From an uncultured virus (IMG/VR IMGVR_UViG_3300033068_001821) (Duplodnaviria; Heunggongvirae; Uroviricota; Caudoviricetes), in IMG/VR virus record IMGVR_UViG_3300033068_001821: a stretch of 64,000 bases of DNA. The stretch is one strand, 5' to 3'. A program made the position numbers and the translations under genes. The notes below the pieces were generated by a model. It saw nothing but the letters and a program-made list of their open reading frames with translations, searched no databases and was not told where the DNA came from. Shown piece by piece: positions 59,623 to 64,000 of this stretch. The stretch's first letter is position 1. Each line of letters opens with the position of its first letter.

Positions 59623-60363
59623 TTAACTCTCTTTTTCATTTAATATTTTATCGATTTGTTGTTCTCTGTGTTCTGCTTTAAGTTCTAGTAAGGCTTCTTG
59701 ATTTTCTAAATCTATTACATTTATTGTTTTACTAGGTGAAACTAAAAAATCATAATCAAATTTTACTACTAATCTAGGAGTAAATGTTGCTTCCGAAACT
59801 ATTGCAGCAGTGAAGTTTTCAATATTCAGTGAAACATCATCAAATAAATAAATTTTATAATCATTATATCTCATATAAGGATCTACATAAATATCTTTGT
59901 CTGCCAATTTACCAGTTAAATAAACAAATGACCCATTTGTAGATTTATTCTGTAAACTACTAAAATGAAATCCTGGTGCATCTGATATGAGTGATGTCAA
60001 TCTAGAATTAGTAACACAATATTTATAATTTTCATTTAAAATATAATTCGATAATCTATCAATAGAAACAGAAAATAAACTACCATCTATTATCTCCTTT
60101 CTTAAATCAACAAAAGTATTAGTAGTATTATTTGCAATCTCTCTTAATATATTTTTGTAAATATTTTGAGTTACCTCATTAAAAATAGTACTTAGTACTC
60201 TATCATCATCTATCTTAATACCCATAACTTCATTTTGAGGTAAAGACATAGAAACAGTAGTTGTTTTAAAGTCTCTTAGATTTTTATCTATTTTAATAAA
60301 ATCTCTGGCAACAATATACTTAGTAAAGTCTTTATTTAACTCTTCAAATAGTTTATCCCACAT
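59623..60363 (-). CDS. Protein resembling a gp23 major-capsid fragment, with C-terminal REQQIDKIL tail
   Basis: LTGKLADKDIYVDPY..IVSEATFTPRL. Confidence 0.5.
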   Translation of the reverse strand: MWDKLFEELNKDFTKYIVARDFIKIDKNLRDFKTTTVSMSLPQNEVMGIKIDDDRVLSTIFNEVTQNIYKNILREIANNTTNTFVDLRKEIIDGSLFSVSIDRLSNYILNENYKYCVTNSRLTSLISDAPGFHFSSLQNKSTNGSFVYLTGKLADKDIYVDPYMRYNDYKIYLFDDVSLNIENFTAAIVSEATFTPRLVVKFDYDFLVSPSKTINVIDLENQEALLELKAEHREQQIDKILNEKES

Positions 60364-61309
60364 TTTTGTCTTGTTTAATATTTAACATTTCACCTGTCTT
60401 AGGATCATAATTCATAATCAATAACTCAACACCTTTCTCTTTTTCAACTCCTTCTGTTTTAATAACTGCGGAAGGTCTATGAAACTCTTTAGAAGTCCAA
60501 AGATATTCGTTTCTAGGTAATAATTCCTCTAATAAAGGAAAGTAATAGTATGACAATGACCATCTACATTTAGATTGTTTTAATAACTCTAATAAACGTC
60601 TATGTGAAGAAACACCAAATGTGTTTTCTGTGTCACACCCATACCAAAATAATCTTCTACCATCATCATCATTTTTTATGTCATTAAAACGAGCGTAAGG
60701 TGGGTCTAAATACATATAAGTATCTTCTGCATCATACATTTTAATTACTTCTTCAAAATCCATATTATGGAAATCAGTAATTTTCTGTAATCTTTCAGTA
60801 TATTTATTTTTTTCTAATTTATTGATTAGGATTTGTAAGTTTAATTTGTTTGTTTTTTTCTTGAAACCTGTGAAACCACCACCTCTTGGATAAACTGAAC
60901 TAAAACTAGACGTAATTAGAAATGCATAAATTGCACCTACTTTAAAATCACCAATTTCAAAGTTCATATCATCTAAGAAATTATTAGTAACATATGTTCT
61001 ATAGATTGACTTAAAGAAATCCCATTTTTTATCTACTTCGGTTTCTGTTGTATAAAGTAATCCACCTGGTGATAATAAAGCTTTCAACTCTACTAAGAAA
61101 TCTTGTGGTTGAGAACAACATTTCATCAAGTTTGCTTGGTGTCTGTTTCTGTCATTAAATATGACATTTGTAAATTCTAAATTAGAATCTAAATATATTG
61201 CAAAAGAACCAGAAAATGGTTCAACATATGTTTTACAATCTGTTGGAATGTTTGGTGTTATAAAGGATTGAAAGTTTGCTTTGCCCCCAAAATAGCTTAT
61301 GACGCTCAT
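60353..61309 (-). CDS. DNA adenine methyltransferase (D12/Dam class)
   Basis: YFGGK, YVEPFSGS, FND, YLDPPY. Confidence 0.85.
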   Translation of the reverse strand: MSVISYFGGKANFQSFITPNIPTDCKTYVEPFSGSFAIYLDSNLEFTNVIFNDRNRHQANLMKCCSQPQDFLVELKALLSPGGLLYTTETEVDKKWDFFKSIYRTYVTNNFLDDMNFEIGDFKVGAIYAFLITSSFSSVYPRGGGFTGFKKKTNKLNLQILINKLEKNKYTERLQKITDFHNMDFEEVIKMYDAEDTYMYLDPPYARFNDIKNDDDGRRLFWYGCDTENTFGVSSHRRLLELLKQSKCRWSLSYYYFPLLEELLPRNEYLWTSKEFHRPSAVIKTEGVEKEKGVELLIMNYDPKTGEMLNIKQDKNVG

Positions 61310-61318
61310 TTTTATTAA

Positions 61319-62149
61319 TTATTTTTTTCTGTATTTTGTTTTACTTTTACTTATAGTTACTGCAATATCAAAAGTTTCTTTTTTCCTCTCCAAATAGACA
61401 GTTGCATCTTTATAAAAAAATTCATAGAAACGTTCTATATCGCTGAATGATCCCCAATCTATTACATAATAGGTCCCTTTAGGACACCTAATTTTATTTC
61501 TTGTTATTCCACAATAATCTACTAACTTATCAACATATATCTCTATAAAATCTTTACTACCAGAACATATATTTACTTGACCTCTATCACTAGTATCTCT
61601 AGAACCCTCTCGTTTTTTATGTATTGATATACAACCATCACCATCAAATAATCCTCTCATAAAATGGTGTTCTAAATGTTTAGGTATTTCAGGATATTTA
61701 ACCACCATAGTTTTATTACCTATTATACCTAAGTTAAATAAATCATCCTTCATTTTTTTAGAAGAAAGTCCTATGTTTGATATTTTACCATCTTTTCTAG
61801 TAAAAATATTTCCTTCAAAGGAAACACACTCTTTAAATTTATATAATATATCTGTTTCCTTTTGTATAATTTTAATATTATTAGTTTTACTATTTATATT
61901 ACCGTCCGCAACTATAAAACCTAGGAAATATGCCTTATCTTCGGTATCTATATTTTCAAAGTAATTCTCATTAAAATTAAACTTTCTAGTTCTTTCATTT
62001 AACTCACCACCATTTTCAATAATTACTTTTTGGTAGTGTCTATCCGAAATACCATATTCACTTATTATGTCTTTTCTTTTTATACCGTTTTGTCTTTTAG
62101 ACAAAATTTCTAATTCTTGTTCCTTTGTCAATTCTTTTAATTTTCTCAT
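61319..62149 (-). CDS. LAGLIDADG homing endonuclease
   Basis: AYFLGFIVADG and FMRGLFDGDG; YLERK. Confidence 0.88.
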   Translation of the reverse strand: MRKLKELTKEQELEILSKRQNGIKRKDIISEYGISDRHYQKVIIENGGELNERTRKFNFNENYFENIDTEDKAYFLGFIVADGNINSKTNNIKIIQKETDILYKFKECVSFEGNIFTRKDGKISNIGLSSKKMKDDLFNLGIIGNKTMVVKYPEIPKHLEHHFMRGLFDGDGCISIHKKREGSRDTSDRGQVNICSGSKDFIEIYVDKLVDYCGITRNKIRCPKGTYYVIDWGSFSDIERFYEFFYKDATVYLERKKETFDIAVTISKSKTKYRKK

Positions 62150-62263
62150 ATAGTATATATAAAAAAGTCAAAGTTCCCACCAAAGTATTTTGATTATTTT
62201 CATATTTATTTTGTTATATAATTTTATTTTATTACTTTTGTAGAGTTAAAAAAACAATAATAT

Positions 62264-63385
62264 ATGACGCTTACGTATAAAGGAATCGAATATAGACCAG
62301 GAAGTAGAATAATCGCTAAAATAAATGGAGATCAACTTGAAGGTAGACTTCAGTTTGAAATACAAGAAGGTACTGAGTATTTTTTCATTTGTCACAACAA
62401 TCCAGATAGATCAGGTAGATATGCAACATACCGTTTTGGATATAACTATTCTTGGGCATTTAGACCCAACAATAGTGGTCTTACTGATGGTGTACAAATT
62501 ATTGGAATTAATACGGCAGAAGACTTAAAACCAGAGTTTGAGATTTCTGAAAAGTTAGTAATGTTTTTAACTAATCAAAAAATTCAAGCGTTTAATTTAG
62601 AATATATCACTGTATTCCCAGAATATGATAAGTTTGACGTATCTGAAAATAAAGGTATGGTTAAATTGACAAATTCCACAAAAAATAGAGTTGTAGAGTT
62701 TAAATTAGGTAGATTCCTAAACACATTTTCAAAACAAGTAGCGGAGAAATTTGAATCAAACGATTTTTTATTAGATAATAAAACAATCGAGAAAATTCAT
62801 AATGATTATTTAGTATACCAAACTGGCGATTATATCAAAGTTGAATACTTAACTGGTAAAGATATTCTAGAAGGTTATAAAAGAGAAAATTATCAAGTAT
62901 CAAAATCATCTTTGGGTGGTTCTTGTATGACTGATCGTTTAGATTACTTAGATATTTATGTAAAAAACCCAGATAAAGTCGAAATGATTTCAATAAAGAT
63001 GTTTGATAAATTTGTTGGTAGAGCTTTATTGTGGACAACTGACTGCGGTAAAAAAGTTATAGATAAACAATATATCTGTGACGAATGGGTTTCATCTAAA
63101 TTTGATGAAATTAGAAAAGAAAATGAGTACGAGATCTGGTCAGACTACGGTGATAAGGATAATGTTTTATCAATTAGTGTAAACACTGACGGTATTCAAA
63201 GATGGCCTTACTTAGATACATTCCAGTTTTTTGCATATAATAAAACTACAAAAAAAGTTGGTTTGTTTAAAACAGAAGATATAATAGATGAAACAAAAGG
63301 AACATTATCTACTTATCCACCAATAGGTTATTCTATGAGACTTAGAAGTACCGCAGGAAGATATGAAGATTGTACTTGGAGATAA
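62264..63385 (+). CDS. PcfJ-like protein (paralog of 49485-50552)
   Basis: KLGRFL, SLGGSCM, GRALLW, WPYLDTF; TACTTTTG at 62233. Confidence 0.6.
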   Translation: MTLTYKGIEYRPGSRIIAKINGDQLEGRLQFEIQEGTEYFFICHNNPDRSGRYATYRFGYNYSWAFRPNNSGLTDGVQIIGINTAEDLKPEFEISEKLVMFLTNQKIQAFNLEYITVFPEYDKFDVSENKGMVKLTNSTKNRVVEFKLGRFLNTFSKQVAEKFESNDFLLDNKTIEKIHNDYLVYQTGDYIKVEYLTGKDILEGYKRENYQVSKSSLGGSCMTDRLDYLDIYVKNPDKVEMISIKMFDKFVGRALLWTTDCGKKVIDKQYICDEWVSSKFDEIRKENEYEIWSDYGDKDNVLSISVNTDGIQRWPYLDTFQFFAYNKTTKKVGLFKTEDIIDETKGTLSTYPPIGYSMRLRSTAGRYEDCTWR

Positions 63386-63418
63386 TAAAAAAGCTTAGAG
63401 AAATCTAAGCTTTTTCTT

Positions 63419-63916
63419 TTAAAATAAAATTGATTCTAATCCTTTTCGTTGAGTACCATTTAATTCACTTCTAATTTGCATTAGAAGTTTACCCAATTTA
63501 TTTTTACCTTTGTTAGCACACTTTTCACAAGTACATTGACCCCAAAAAATATCGTGCCACCAGTTACCTTCAATAATTTCAACATCACCAGTAGCTAATA
63601 ACATTTCTTTTAAGTTTTCGTCTTTAAACTTCTCACGAAGTGCCCACTCCATAAAACCTAATCGTTTTTCTTCCCAATCAGAACGTACTCTTATTACTTT
63701 TCCTAATTGTTTAGCTTTACCTGCAGTACTAATTTTAGAAACTAATTCTCTAAAATCTGCAGCAGTGTAATATTTACCATCAATCATTTGATCATTATTA
63801 CATTTCATTGCAACGTAATAGTGTTCAACTGAAGGGTAAGTTATACCTTGGTATTCTATTTTACAAGGGTAGAAGTTTGAAAGAAAACCATATCTACCAT
63901 CAAATCTTGTTATCAT
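63419..63916 (-). CDS. NADAR family protein (YbiA-like)
   Basis: FLSNFY, SVEHYY, AKQLG, EGNWWHDIFWG, GKNKLGKLLM; start reassigned to ATG 63916. Confidence 0.9.
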   Translation of the reverse strand: MITRFDGRYGFLSNFYPCKIEYQGITYPSVEHYYVAMKCNNDQMIDGKYYTAADFRELVSKISTAGKAKQLGKVIRVRSDWEEKRLGFMEWALREKFKDENLKEMLLATGDVEIIEGNWWHDIFWGQCTCEKCANKGKNKLGKLLMQIRSELNGTQRKGLESILF

Positions 63917-63943
63917 AATTTCTATATTTTTTACAAAGATAAT

Positions 63944-63971
63944 AAAAAAACCCACTCATTGAGTGGGTTTT
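63944..63971. terminator. Intrinsic terminator
   Basis: AAAACCCACTCA-T-TGAGTGGGTTTT inverted repeat. Confidence 0.7.
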
Positions 63972-63975
63972 GTTG

Positions 63976-64000
63976 TGGAAGTGACGTTGTACTGCCCAAC
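63976..64000 (-). ncRNA. Probable 3' end of tmRNA or tRNA-like RNA (truncated by window edge)
   Basis: Minus strand GTTGGGCAGTACAACGTCACTTCCA: T-arm with GGCAGTA loop, acceptor 3' half CACTTCC and discriminator A, followed by terminator. Confidence 0.5.

Noticed and set aside
5347..62149. Homing endonucleases as intron- or intein-embedded
   Set aside because: Each is intergenic with its own promoter-like box and flanking genes appear complete
4563..63038. Short antisense or overlapping ORFs in the track (e.g. 4563, 5160, 11694, 20982, 23592, 32184, 44733, 46510, 52566, 61773)
   Set aside because: Shadow frames of well-supported genes with atypical composition
1..64000. Stop-codon reassignment as in some huge phages
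   Set aside because: Recognisable genes are full length in the standard code, coding density is high, and TAA, TAG and TGA all end genes
1..64000. CRISPR array or cas genes
   Set aside because: No regularly spaced direct repeats seen; repeats are terminators or coding low-complexity tracts

Overview
Very AT-rich, densely coding 64-kb segment of a large T4-like (jumbo/huge) tailed-phage genome, most likely infecting Bacteroidota (TAnnTTTG host-type promoters, Bacteroidota-style lipoprotein, no Shine-Dalgarno sites noticed). The standard genetic code fits. It carries replication and recombination genes (C-terminal half of a split family B DNA polymerase, primase, UvsW, UvsY-like, probable clamp, Dam-type methylase), a baseplate/tail module with several peptidoglycan hydrolase domains, a GH19 endolysin, host-like genes (IF3, ClpP, FKBP PPIase, M42 peptidase, NADAR), six free-standing homing endonucleases and probably the 3' end of a tmRNA. 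Main observations: (1) polymerase motif B (NGSY^GAF) is interrupted by a 40-nt insert holding a stop codon and a perfect GC-rich palindrome, beside an HNH gene, resembling the T4 gene 60 bypass/MobA cassette; (2) about 26 unrelated proteins share an N-terminal MKYLKxFxE-type leader resembling the T4 capsid-targeting sequence, mostly behind a TAATATATA motif; (3) a separate set of proteins shares a C-terminal RxxKIDxLL tail; (4) two distant putative small RNAs share 15 nt of perfect complementarity. All functional calls come from motif recognition by eye, not database searches.
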